A DNA stretch of 64,000 nucleotides, taken from NCBI GenBank assembly GCA_000708835.1, contig DF236967.1:186001-250000 (forward strand), read 5' to 3'. Below the pieces are notes generated by a model. That model ran no database searches. It saw nothing but the letters and a program-made list of their open reading frames with translations, and was not told the DNA's origin. This document shows positions 1 to 12,090 of the stretch, one piece after another (within the stretch, counting starts at the first letter, position 1; the number at the start of each line of letters is the position of its first letter). Both the position numbers and the translations under genes were made by a program. The DNA comes from Klebsormidium nitens. Lineage: Eukaryota > Plantae > Klebsormidiophyceae.

Positions 1-3000
1 AGCGCGGGGGCGTTGGCCTGAGGAGAAAGGAGGGGACGGGTGAGGCAACCAGAAAGCGGTCGTTGGCCTCAGGTTACAACGAAGTTGGCGTCGATTCAGG
101 AGAGAAGCTCTTCACAATGGTGGAAAGTCCGTTGCGGCCAGAGTACTGAAAAGCCGTCCTAAGTTCTGCCCCATCATGTTTGGTTTGGATGAGTCACAAA
201 GAGAAGCCCGCAACACAATCCAGAAAGCCACTCTACAGCGTCGATGTCTCAGCCTGAAGCATCACAACTCGGGCTAGGAAACGAAAAAGCCCCAAAAGCC
301 CACCTGCTGGCTCTTCATGAGCGGCGCCAGGCAGTTGGAGACCGCCCGCTGTACGGCCTCAGACGGCGTGTTGAGCACCTCTAGCATCCGCTCCACGATG
401 TCCGAGATCTTAGGACTGTCCGGCGACAGATGCTTCGCGAGCGCGCCCATGAAGATGACCACTCCCTCGCGCACCAGGTCGTAGCGTTCTTCGTCGGCGG
501 ACTTTCGGTCGAGGTAGTTTTCGAAGATGGGAAGGAGAAGAGCCACGTTATCCGCGCCGTGTTCGTTGATGATGGCGCACCCGGCGTCGACCATGCGGTC
601 GCGGACGTCCGGGTTGGGGTCCGCCTGGGGAAGAGCAGCGTCCAAAAATGGTTCAGATAGTAAAGAAAGGTTACGGTCCGCTGTCTTGCGTATTGATCGA
701 GTGATTGCACGGGAGTCAAGCAGGTGGTGCCCAAACGATGTGGGTCTCTGGAGGCTCAACACGGAGTGAGCGCAAACTGTGGAGTAGCGGTACTCGTCTG
801 CCTTTGGCGACCCTTTCATATGCATACCCCGTTATTGATTGAGGCACACCGGAATTTGGATCATCATGGACCAACCGAGCCGCTACAAAATCGTTTCAAC
901 TTTCCGTCTAAACCAACTTACCAGCGCCCGAGAAATCAAGAAAGTCGCCACCACCGGCAGGTCCCGGTTCGTGAGCACGTCCGCCCCCTCCTTCAGCGTC
1001 AGCGCCACTCCCTCCCTCCCGTACCATCGCGTATCCCCCCCTGGTGCAACTCTCCCCACCGGACTCTCCCTTATGAACAGCGCAAACAGGCTCGAGAGCG
1101 TTTCCGGAACCGTCGCCTGGTACTCGTCCATCGCCCCCGCGACCGCGCTCGCCGCAGCTTGCCGCACGCTTCCGTGGGGGCTGGTTAAGTGGGCGGTTAG
1201 CTTGGGCGCGTACCCCCCCCCAAGGTCGTGATTGTACAAGTCCCATACGTCTTCTGCGGCTTTGGCGTTGGCTTCCACTGGGTCGTGCATGGCGAGCCAG
1301 AGCGTGCAGGCGATGTCGTCGGAGGGGGGAACGGAACTAGAGGCGAGGGACGGGATAGAGGCGAGGGAGTCCAGGCACGCGTGGCGCACGTGGGCGTGCT
1401 GACTGGTGATCCCAGTCAGTGCCTGGAGAAGGAAAATAGGGATAAATGAGAAGCGATAAAGGATCGAGGTGCGACGTAATCAACCGCCGGTGCCACCGTG
1501 AGGCTTGGTCATTCCATTCAACAGGATGGGTATGGACTTTCAATGAAAGCTTTTAACACCTTGCATGTCAGTCGTTTGTAAGAACCCATGCTCGAAGCTG
1601 GGGACACATCGGTCGAGATTGTCGAAAGTGGTCCGCTTCGTCTGTTGTTACTGTTCAAGGAAGCATCGCAAGGCAGCCTCCCAAATCAGATATCGCAAGA
1701 GTCAGAAACATGTCGTAGCCGTGTTCACGTCAATTAACGCCCGCCACCACAATGGTGAGAAGCTTCAGCTACGAAAGAAAAAGGAAGTGCTGCACCGTAC
1801 CCCGAACACTTCGTCTTCTTCGAGGCCTTGGCAGAGCTGCCGCAGGAGGGGCACCACCTTATCATGGTAGACTGGCACGCAGCCCAGGACCTGGTACAGG
1901 GCCTGCGCAAGAAACAAGATAAATCAGGCTCGCGCTCTTTGCACGCACAGCGCGCCTCGTTCAAAACCAAGTGCCCACCATCCTCCAGATGCTGCGGTGA
2001 AGTACAAACATACGGGTCTACCGCTGCCTGCCGTCAAAGACCTATGTCCGGTGAAATCAACGTGATCCTTGAAAGTTTTAAGCCGTGCTCGAAAAATTCT
2101 ATTATATCTTGGGAACGTGCACTCACGGCGATCATACGGTGGCGGGGCAGGTCCATGACGGGGGCAACGTGGAGCGCGAACACGGCCAGCAGGTCGTCGT
2201 GCAGCTTGGTCTTCTTGTCCGCGAGCAACACCTGCTCCAGCACCTGCACATGCGCAGCACAAAACCGGTAAAGAGCGGTCCTGACTGAAGAGGTTGCTTG
2301 CCTTCTTAGCATTCCTCTCCCCTGCACGCAGTGAGCGAACTCACCCCATACTCTTTGGCTGATCTTGCTGAAGCCGTATATGTGAAGGCCCAACGCGCTA
2401 CTTATAAGTCTTGATATGATTTACTGTCCGTCAGGATGCGCATTCATAATAAACCCACAGAAAGTAGTAGTTGTCACAAAGGCAGGAAGAGGCCCTCAAA
2501 TGGACGGCTCCTTCGTAGATGGACCAATTCGCGAGAATTCAAGGCAAGCGAATTCAATAAGACAAAGCTCTAGCGTTCCCTCACCGGCCAGACAAATCCG
2601 AACGTCGGCGTCGGCAGGGGCCCTTCTTGCGTCGCGGCCACCAGCCCCGCCGTGACTCGTTCCACCGTCGACTGCTCCTGCTTGCCCTTCTTCGCAGGTC
2701 CGCTTGCCAGCTGTCCGACCACGTGGGCTGGATCGGTGGTCACCAGGCGGAGCGCCGTGGCAATGTCGTAAGAGAGGTAGCGCAGCGGGGGGTAGACGCA
2801 CTGCGCCAGCTGGGAGGTGGTGTCGTATGCGTCGCCATCGACGAGGGGGTTGCGGAGCAAGGGGCGCACCTCTTCCACCTGAGAGATTCAGACGCATTGA
2901 TTTGAGAGCATATTCTGGTGAATAACAGAGGGGGACTGGGCTATGAACAAGGTGCGGGATGTGGAACCGCCTCTGCGAAAGATACACAAACAAGTTGCAG

Positions 3001-6000
3001 CAAGCGTCAAGCCGTTCCACCAAACATGGTTGATGAACACGCTGTATTCTAATATAACAAGGCGAAACGCGATGCTGCAAGAAAGCAGACTCTGACGGCT
3101 GCGAAGAGGTGGGTCTTCTCAGGCATCATCACCCCGCCTAGCTTTCCTCCTGCGCTTACCGCCGGCAGAGACTCCAGTTTGATCCTTCCCACAAGAAGCA
3201 GTACGACACTGATGGACCTACGTAAGAGAAACAGCCTTATACTCTTAGCGTCTCACCAGTTGAGGCAGATGGTCGTGGGCGAAGTCTCGGTTGGCGATGG
3301 CGGCCGTCCCCAGCGCCTCCAGTTCGAGGGAGAGCGTCTCCTGAATCTGCTGCAGCCGCGCCCGGATCTCCGCCTCTTCCTTGAGCTGCTGTTCCCGGAA
3401 CTCCTCCTTCGCCGTCTTCTTCTCTGGACAAGGCACCAGACGAGGAAAACATGAACGGACGGCGGTGGTCCTGCGGTGCTTAGCATTCAAAGCGATTGGA
3501 ACAAATGATGCAAGAATGCCGCCATGCGCGAAGCACAACAGGCATGCAAGCGAGCGTTGCTCGAGGAGAACCGGTACTTGATGTGCAGCTGACAACCGCG
3601 CTTCTTTTCATATTTAGACGAGGCTAGGGTTCTCAAGGAGCCACCGTTTTTCCCGGCTTGGCATCCCAGCACTTCAGAGAAGTGACCCTCAAAATCAAAG
3701 GCTTTGTCCCGGTACAAAAGAACGGAGTAAGATCGGAAGCAGTCCAGCTACGGAGGAGAAGTCTCAATACTGGTCCACTTCGGCAACCTTCAAAGGGCTC
3801 ATGAGATAGCTGCGCAGCTCACCTGCTTTTTGCCCCGGCCTTTCCTTCTTGCCTGTTGCCAAGCTTGGCCGGACTGCCGGCTTGCTTTCCGGCTTCTTCG
3901 AACTTGTATCCTGCAAAGTGAGAATTACATTCAACGGCTCAGTAATCTGGTCACCATCACAACGCGTACTCGAACAAGACTCACCACCTTTGGAGGCATC
4001 TTTATACCACAGCAGAATCCGATCGTTGCGCAGTCTCTGTCCGTCTCTTCCTCACTTCCTGACCAGATTGGTGTAAGACAGGCGGTCTCAACTGGTGCTC
4101 AGTTGTCAAGCGTAACCCAGATGCTCTCATGCTCGCAAGCCTTGACAACGCACCTCATCATCGTCGTCGTCATACATCTTGAAGCGCCCGCGCGCGCCTC
4201 GCCGGTTCTTGTCCTGCACCACCTCCGCTTTGTACAAGCCCTCCTCCGTCGACAGGATGCCGTCAGGCGTGTTGAAGATCTGCATACGCGAAGTGTAGCT
4301 CAATTCAAAAACCTCACCATTATACCGCACACTTTTACTGCACAAGAACCACTGAGCTGGTATTTGACTACCAGGAACGAAAATTTGCCGTCAAAGAAAC
4401 AACATTCTTCAGCGCAGGCGACGTTTGTCCTTACAGGCAATGCAAGCGCTGCGACATCAAACTCGGTCTAAGGGCCCTCACTTTGACGTCCCTCTCGGTC
4501 AAAGCATCGTGCAGGTTGCGATCTCCCAGCTTTTCGAGTGCCTGCAAGGAACGTCGTACTCGAATCGATTGAGAAGCTGCGGCCTGACAAACACGAAGTG
4601 CAATAAGATGCAACCGTGATAAGATATCATTCTCCCATAACACCGATCAAATTTCTTTCCGTCTTTTCATCGGAGACTCAATCATTGCTTGCTATCCCAA
4701 AAGAATAATGAAAGCGAACGAAGATTATGAAAAATAACCGACTTTAAAAGCCCATGTGGGCCAGTGGTAGTCAGAAAGTCGGAGAAGCCCTGGAACTTAC
4801 GGAGAAAAGGTGGGGAAAGAAGTCGCCGGGGAAGATCTGCATGGCTGTGGCGAGCCCTGCGACAGCGGCCCGGCTGTTGGAGTAGCGCCGGCTGGTCAGC
4901 CCGTGCGGTCCGAGCAGGACCTGGAGGGAAGCGAGAAGACGAGCAAATCGGCTTCACGTGAGCGAAGTAGTAATGGAAGGAAGCGCCGACCTTGAATCGA
5001 AGATCTTTTACGTCTTCTCGTCATCATTTTGCCGTTGACCCGTAGAGGGTCAAGCTGAAGCAAAGCAATCAAGCAAAACATTCACCATATCCGTGCATCA
5101 AGAAGAGTTCTCAATAACCTCCCCAACAGCATAACTCGCTCGGACCTTTATATCGGCCGTGATGCCATGCAAGGTTAGCATTCCAAGTGCCGAGAAACAT
5201 GTTTGCTGCTGCAGCCTGCGGGTGCGGAACGGTCCGCCCCCAGTTACGCTGCAGCGGCTTCGCTCTAGGTGTACTGACTGACCGGTTGCACGATGATTAC
5301 CCTGGACTCTGGAGGAACTCCAGGAGCGTCCAGAGCGGAGTGCCCTCGGCTAATTAGACACCGTGCTTCGGTGAAAATCCATAAATCAAGGGCCAAAATC
5401 AAACAGCAAGAGGGCTAAGGTAAAGTCAAGCGCCAGCTATGCCTGCTTACCTGGGTCAGCGTTTCGGCGTTGGAAGCCATTAGGGCGTTGACGTCCCCGC
5501 CTTGCTTCTTGAGGCCTCGACTCAGCGCCTGCGACAGGCCAGTTAGAGTGCATTAGCCACAAAACAAAGGGAGACTAACGAGCAACATCAATGAACTGGA
5601 AGACTTTCCAGCCAAGTGACGAGTCCATTTCAACCTCGCAGCTGATTGGAAGCTTTCTACGCCCGGAAAGCACAGTAGAAGGCACTTTAACATTTTTTCC
5701 ACAAGGGTCACCGCATAGTTTGGCAGGAGTCTCAGGTTTATGGCAGCCTTACCCGCCAAACGGAGCCCTTCCGCCTGCCTCGCGCCACGACCGGATGATG
5801 CGCCGCCACAAACAGCTCGCAGCTCTTCTCGGGGCTGGAAACTAGAGCTGGGCTGGAAATGGCGATCAAGGCCTTGGCCAGCAGGCCTGGGGGAGGAGCT
5901 GCGCTGTCAACCGTCTTGTCGGAGCTCTTGTCGGTGCTTTTGTCGGTACTCTCTGCGGGCTCGCTGCACAAAAGAGCCGTTTTCCAATTGCAAATGCATC

Positions 6001-9000
6001 AACATTGACAGAGCCGCTTCATCAACTTGTGAGTGTACTTGAACTCTCAATGTTTTATGTTTGTGCAGTGCGTGCTTAAAAGGATGTGAGAAAGGGTTAA
6101 CAAATCGCTGAAAGGAACCAGTCTCAACAAGAATTGTGTGAAGGCAACGCACGAAAGGAGACTTCTGAGCTCGAAGTGCAGGTACACCACCAACAATCAT
6201 CCAAGCACGTGAAGATGTCGGAACACTTTAGAAACGTACCAATACTGACAACCTCTACTTATGAGCCAGGACAATGCATATGCATGGGTCGGTGGAATGG
6301 CCACCTTACCTGGAGGCTTTCAGCCGGTGCTCAAACACGGGCAGCCACGCGACAAAGCCGTCCAGGAGAGGCTCCGCAATGCTCGTCGAGCTGGCATGAG
6401 TGCGCGCAATGGTAGCCGTGACTGTGCGGCGGACGTCCCAAGCAGGATGCACCAGCAGCAGGACGAGAGTCTGCAGAGGAATGGCTTTTTGAATGACACG
6501 TGTCGTACTCAAAACCGACGTAGTCGGCGCTGTGTCGAGAGTGTCATGCTGACTCTACGCTTGACATCTTCAGCGCTTTTCCTTTTCAGCGTCTTCAACG
6601 ATATCAGGGGGTCTCAAAAATGGGCAAGGGCTAGGAAAGGGAATGACACTCCGATCGCTTAAGGAACCGGGGTCTACACCGCACACAAAGATTGAGCAGT
6701 CCTTCGGTTCAAGACAGCAGCCGCTTACCTTGTACAGCTCCTGTGCACCGTCCGCAGACTGCGCTACCCTGTAAAGCAGAACGGCGCAGATCAGCTCTTG
6801 TATTTGGGGTTGGCGAGAAGGTCATCTGCTCAAACAGCGGCACAGAGAAGCAATTTTCTCTGTGCGCCCGGGAGTTCTGACATGGAGCAAAGGCGAAACG
6901 TAGTACAATGACGCACCTGCTTTGGTGGTGGAGCACGATGCTTCCGAGGAGGTCCGCCAGGGCAAGGGTGTCTTCTGTGGACAGCTTGGAAACCTGGCAG
7001 CACCGCAACGACGAAACGTTCGATCACATGAGAGTCGATCTTCCGTTTCGGACTTCGTCGGAACTAACACTCAAGGAGTTGGGCCTCAGACAGCACCAGT
7101 AAGGGGTTGCAAAATTCCCGAAAGTCCTCTGCCCCTTCCGGTCTGCAATTGTTGCTCGAAAAGCCTCTCGCGCACAAGCTACTGAAAGACGAGCAACACA
7201 ATTTTCTGAAAAGTCAAGCCCAGAAATCCAAGCCATACCACAGAAGCTGGGTCAGCTGCATGAGGGGAATTGGAAAGTGCGGTCGCGCTTACCAGTGTGG
7301 AAGAAATGAAGGGCGAGTCTTTCTGTAGGACGGAGGTCCAGGCTTTCTCCTTGACGATCTTGTCCTCTGTAATCGAAGAGGCAACCCAGCTCAATCCGAC
7401 CGTACCTCCTCTTAGGCACGATTCGACATGCGTCTGGAACGTCGAAGAGGAAATAAGCCTGTGGAACTGGCTGACATAGGCGAGGTTGGTATCCGCAGCA
7501 GAGGCAATGCGGCGGATTTCCGCTCCAGCAGCAAGAACGTTTTCTTCTCATCCAACCTCAGAGCAGAAGCATGAGGGAAACCGCACCCCGCCTGACCGAA
7601 GGAATTCAAAATAAGTGCAACAAGGACCCTGGCGAGACAGACAGTTGGTAGGTCAACGTACCGAGCGCTGCGTCCAGCGAACTAAACCGGCAGAGCAGCA
7701 GCATGGAGTAGATGCCTTCGAGCCGCTGCGCAGCCTTGGCCACCGCGCCTTTCACCAACGCAAGCAGGGGGTCCGCCAGCAAGAGCAACTGCAAAAACGA
7801 TACATTTGGTTTATTCTGGAGGAAGCTCATAAGGGAGTCGCTGAGAATGGGAATCATTAGGTGGCGCCGGATGGGGTAGTATGAAGTGCCGCTGCGAACC
7901 GCGCGCTCGCAATGTGGTCGTGCGAAGGGGACTGGCCAGAGGCTTCACAAGAGATGAAGAGGCACCCGGCTAGAACAGAAGCGGACGGTTTAAGAGCCAG
8001 AAAAGGTAGCGGACCCTCTAGATAGACAAAGCAAATCTTATTGCCCTTCCTCCACCTTTACGAGCAGGTCCGCACCTTCTCATTCACGTCGCTGCTGGTG
8101 GTCGCCTTGCGCAGTGCCCGGAGGTGCGCTCGTCGGAGCGTCTCCTTCTCCTTGAGCCCCGCGCTGAAAAACGCCCCAGCATCCGCAGGCATGCTGGCGC
8201 CCGACCGGGCCAGCCAACCGCCCAGGGTGCTCAGGACGATCAATCGGACATCTTCGTTACCTGTCACACCGAGAAACGTGGTCAATCATCACATGATTGT
8301 TTGTCCGGCCAGGTCGAGAGGAGGGCTTATTGATCACCTTTCTGCAATCTTGACGGTACGAAAAGTGCAGCCTCGCAAACATTTCGAACCAGACGAGACA
8401 AACAATATCGCAGGCCTGATTGTCGAAGGGAGCAGGCCAAAAGAAGCGGGGCTTGTCTAAGCGGGAAAGTGAGCAGCCACAAAGCCTGACTCTGCCCGCG
8501 AAACAGAGAGCACTTGACTTGAGAAAATCGGAGAGACATGCTCAGACTCCAGATTCTCGGAAGGATTCAAAACAATAATCCAGTGGCAGTAGAGCGAAAG
8601 ACGTGACGTTGAACTCGGATCCTCACCTTCCGACTTGTAAAACGTCATAAGGTAGTTAGAAACCTTTGCCGCCAGCGGCGCCACCGACTTTGTCGATCCC
8701 GGGGCCGCCACCAGAGCATTAACCGCTGTCACGACGCCTGCCCGCTGGTACCAGTTGGGCAACTTCCCCTCCGAACCTGCGAAAGCAAGCAGGACAGGAC
8801 AATGTTTGGGACTGCTTGAGTGGCTTGAAAAGCCGTCAAAGTATCTGAGTCCGCTCTGGCAATACCTAATGTAGGAGCGAGAACGGACAATGAGATACGA
8901 GTGACTTGTTGACATGCCCGCAACAAACGAAGGGGGCTTCGATCGTACCTGGAAAAGGCACAGCATGCGCTTTCGTCACAAATGACGAACGTTCTTTTAG

Positions 9001-11101
9001 TGCGTCCGTCGAGTTCGTGAACAGCTCGGCCGAGACGCCCCTAACAACCCGTTTTCCGGATTGCACAGTCTATGCACCACCACTGGATACCGCGGGGCTC
9101 ACCTCCCAAAAGCGCTTTGGCTGCCTCGAACATCTTTTCCACCACGTCTAAGTCACTGCTCTGCGCCGCCAAACCCCGCACCACGTCGGCCGCACTCGTC
9201 CGGAAGCTCTCGTCCGCATGCCGCACGTGCTGGAGCAGCGGAGGCAAAAGCTCGAGCGCGTGCTTGCTCAAATCTAAGCTGACCGATTCCACCAGATCGC
9301 GAATGGCCTCGATGACGACTTCGGGGCTGCGCCGCAGCATGCGCACGGCGGTCGGGAGAATGGACGACGTGAAGTCGTCGTGAGAGAGGCGCTTGAGGAG
9401 CGGCCGGAAGGCCTGGCTGAAGAAGGGGGCTGGCTTGTCCTTGCTGCTCAAAACCGTCTTGACGTACAAGTCGAGGAAGAGGGCCTAGAAAAGGGGGGGA
9501 ATGTGAGGGTTGAAAGTTTTACAGTTGAGTTAGGAGCCAACTACATCTGACGAAAGAAGCCCCGCAAATGTTCCTTTATTTGATACTGTGACAGGAGGAA
9601 TAAACTTAGACAGCGGTGGATCTTAACCTACGTTGAAATCCATTTTAGTTTACGTTGAAATCAACCACCAAGTTCTGTGTATTGTCGGATCTCACTGGAC
9701 ATAACAATTTTCAACATGCATCTGTCGATGACTAATTCAATTAAGGTGGTGGTAGGTACCTTCTTTTCTTCCAGAAGCGCCTCCTTGCTCTGCGCATAGT
9801 CCAGGAGGGCTAGGACAAGCCCCAAGACGCCCGTAGGCGCCTTGTCTCCACCCACAACCTCTAGAAAGACAGGGACAGATGCGGGAACCTGCAAAAGTGA
9901 AGGGGGCACACTTTTGCTGACGGGAAGCCACTGGCAAGGGCAGGTGTAGCCTTGATCAGTTGGACATCACGCCTGAGCCCTGATTGGATTGAACGTCACA
10001 AAACTCTAAGCGAGAGCTTGCCCCTCAAGCTTGCAGCAAAAGAGACGCCCAGAAGTGCCCGGTTGCGATGCACTTGATCGGAAGAAGAAATGAGCATAAC
10101 TCCATTCGAAGAGGCAACTGAGCCTCTAATGAATTGCAACCAAACTTCCACCACCCACGTAACAAGGTTCCATCCTTCAGAATTACCACTTACTTCCACC
10201 GGCAGCATCTTGAAGTGGCGCTCCGCTACTCTCCACAACCGCTCCCCTCCACGGAGCAGATCCGTCAGCAACACCGCCAGCGCGCCGGCCAGCCTCAGAA
10301 ATGCCCCTTTTGCTTTTGCTATGTCAGGACTTGTGCGGATCAAGAGCGAGATCCATTGCAGCAGCCTGAAGCGCCCCCTGTTCCCAATGCTGTTATGGTT
10401 CTTCTCAACAGTCTGCACAAGCGTTCCGGCAAATGCCTTGACGAATGCTGGCTCCCTGTTGATGGCGTCAAAGAGGACGCGGTCGACTGCAGCCTGAGAC
10501 TTGCGGTCGTCGTACAGCGGCAGGGTGCGGAAGATGAGCGCCACGAACTCGCCGGCCTTTTCGTCAAGCGGAAAGTCTGCAGCGCAGCAGCATCCAATGA
10601 GAGGTGCGCAATGAAGGCAATATTTGATCTCAAAAACCAATGATGGGGGTGCATTCTCCCAAGACCCTTTTAGCAGGCGCACAGAAGAAAAGCCCGTTGT
10701 AGAAAAGTCCTTAGAGGTGGTAATGATGCATATGAAAGAATGACACATGGAAGACACTCTGATGGGTTTTCCACCACTGATACACTGTTCATTCAGCTTT
10801 TGATCGGGTCTTGCACATCTGCATCAAGGATACATGGCAATCAGAGCAACTGGAATAAGCGAGGATAACCTGGACTTTTTGAATGCAGACCTTGTCCTCC
10901 GGATGGTAGATGCCGAACATGATTGCAAGACTAAGTCGTAGACCCACCTTCATTCGCGACAGCAGATGCAAGGCTAGCATCAAAGACACTGATGCGCTCT
11001 TTCACCGAAGAGCTTGCAAGATGAGTAGCCGCCCGTTCCAGTGCTGCAAACGGATCCGGCACCGTTGATTCAGCTGCTGGCTCAACTGCAGACTCTGCCA
11101 T
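1..11101 (-). CDS. GCN1: GCN1/ILITYHIA translational activator (HEAT-repeat ribosome collision sensor); multi-exon, 3' part lies outside the window
   Basis: ATG at 11101 (MAESAVEPAAES...). GT-AG exons include 11101-10948, 10576-10194, 9888-9760, 9484-9103, 8776-8627, 8260-8076, 7788-7662, 7366-7293 and 6993-6917, with further exons down to position 1. Peptides match plant GCN1 in the expected order: IFRTLPLYDDRKSQAAVD, LPTAVRMLRRSPEVVIE, GLKEKETLRRAHLR, IFNTPDGILSTEEGLY, KKTAKEEFREQQLKEEA, KKTKLHDDLL, WYGREGVALTL, ADEERYDLVREGVVIFMGALAKHL, VLNTPSEAVQRAVSNCLAPL. Confidence 0.96.
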
Positions 11102-11294
11102 CCTGCCAGCTGAGATTACTGTGAAGTTGATGTGAGCGCCCTTGACACCCTAGCCGTGCTTGTCATCACCAGCTTCAAAGGGCTTGGAAACGTTTCTGCC
11201 CAGAGCTGGCTGAGCTGAGGAGGCCTAGACGCAGACCTCACGCAGCCTAGAACCAATCAACCATGAAATGGTAACGGCTGGTAATGGTTAGGCC

Positions 11295-11303
11295 AAACCC
11301 TAA
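11295..11303 (+). promoter_or_regulatory. telo-box (AAACCCTAA) in the GCN1 / PET117-POP1 divergent promoter
   Basis: Exact AAACCCTAA between the two divergent ATGs (11101 and 11555). Telo-boxes are established cis-elements of plant translation and ribosome-biogenesis genes. Confidence 0.5.
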
Positions 11304-11554
11304 TTCAACCAAGCCTGATCTGTGACTTTGCGTGGTCCTGGACAGCTGTCATGTATGGCCCTGGGACACAGCAGCCTGAGCTAGGCACAGGCGTCCCCAG
11401 CAGGGCGCCCGTTGGCATTGGCATTGCCATTACTATTAGTATTAGCTTCTCAGGTTGGCTTCTACTCAATTGTACATATCAGCACAGACGTAATACTGAT
11501 TGATGTTTCTGATTGGGGAGTGGTGTATGCAATCTGCTTGCCAGGCGGTCCTCA

Positions 11555-12070
11555 ATGTCGCCTGGTGTGTCTCGGGCTGCCGTCCTGACGTTTGCCGTGG
11601 TAGTCCTCGGGACAGGCGGTGGCATTTTGTACATCCATGAGAGTCAGCAGACGGAGAGACGGGTGAGCACAGTCGTAATGCGGCGCCAATGTTGCCAACA
11701 TTTTACAGCTTGTGCTTCTGTCTGTGCATGGGCTTGGATTAAGCAGCTTCTCTAAGGTGCATTTGAAGTTTCAGAGTGTGCCTATTTCACAGCTGTCTCA
11801 TCAAGTGTTCGCCTGCTCTGTTGAGTGATACTGCAGCAACCAATGCTGAGGGCAATGCTGGATGCATTGTAGCGTGGGTTGCCTTATTGGAGTTCGACCT
11901 TTTTGACGTGATGATGGGTGCAATTGCAGAACCTGCATGCTGGAGTCCTTCGAGACCAGCAGCTTCTGGCGATGAAGGCAGAAGAGCAGAGGAAACAACT
12001 GGAGATGCAGCAAGGAAGTGATCCCAGGACCCTCGCGAAAGGATCCCCGCCAGAACCTCTTACCAAGTGA
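11555..12070 (+). CDS. PET117: PET117 cytochrome c oxidase assembly factor (83 aa, 2 exons: 11555-11662, 11930-12070)
   Basis: Spliced peptide MSPGVSRAAVLTFAVVVLGTGGGILYIHESQQTERR|NLHAGVLRDQQLLAMKAEEQRKQLEMQQGSDPRTLAKGSPPEPLTK*. It has one N-terminal TM helix followed by the PET117 pattern (vHxxQxxeRxxLhxGVxRD). Donor CGG|gtgagc, acceptor ttgcag|AAC. Confidence 0.88.
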
Positions 12071-12090
12071 AGGTCACCACCCACTCCAAC

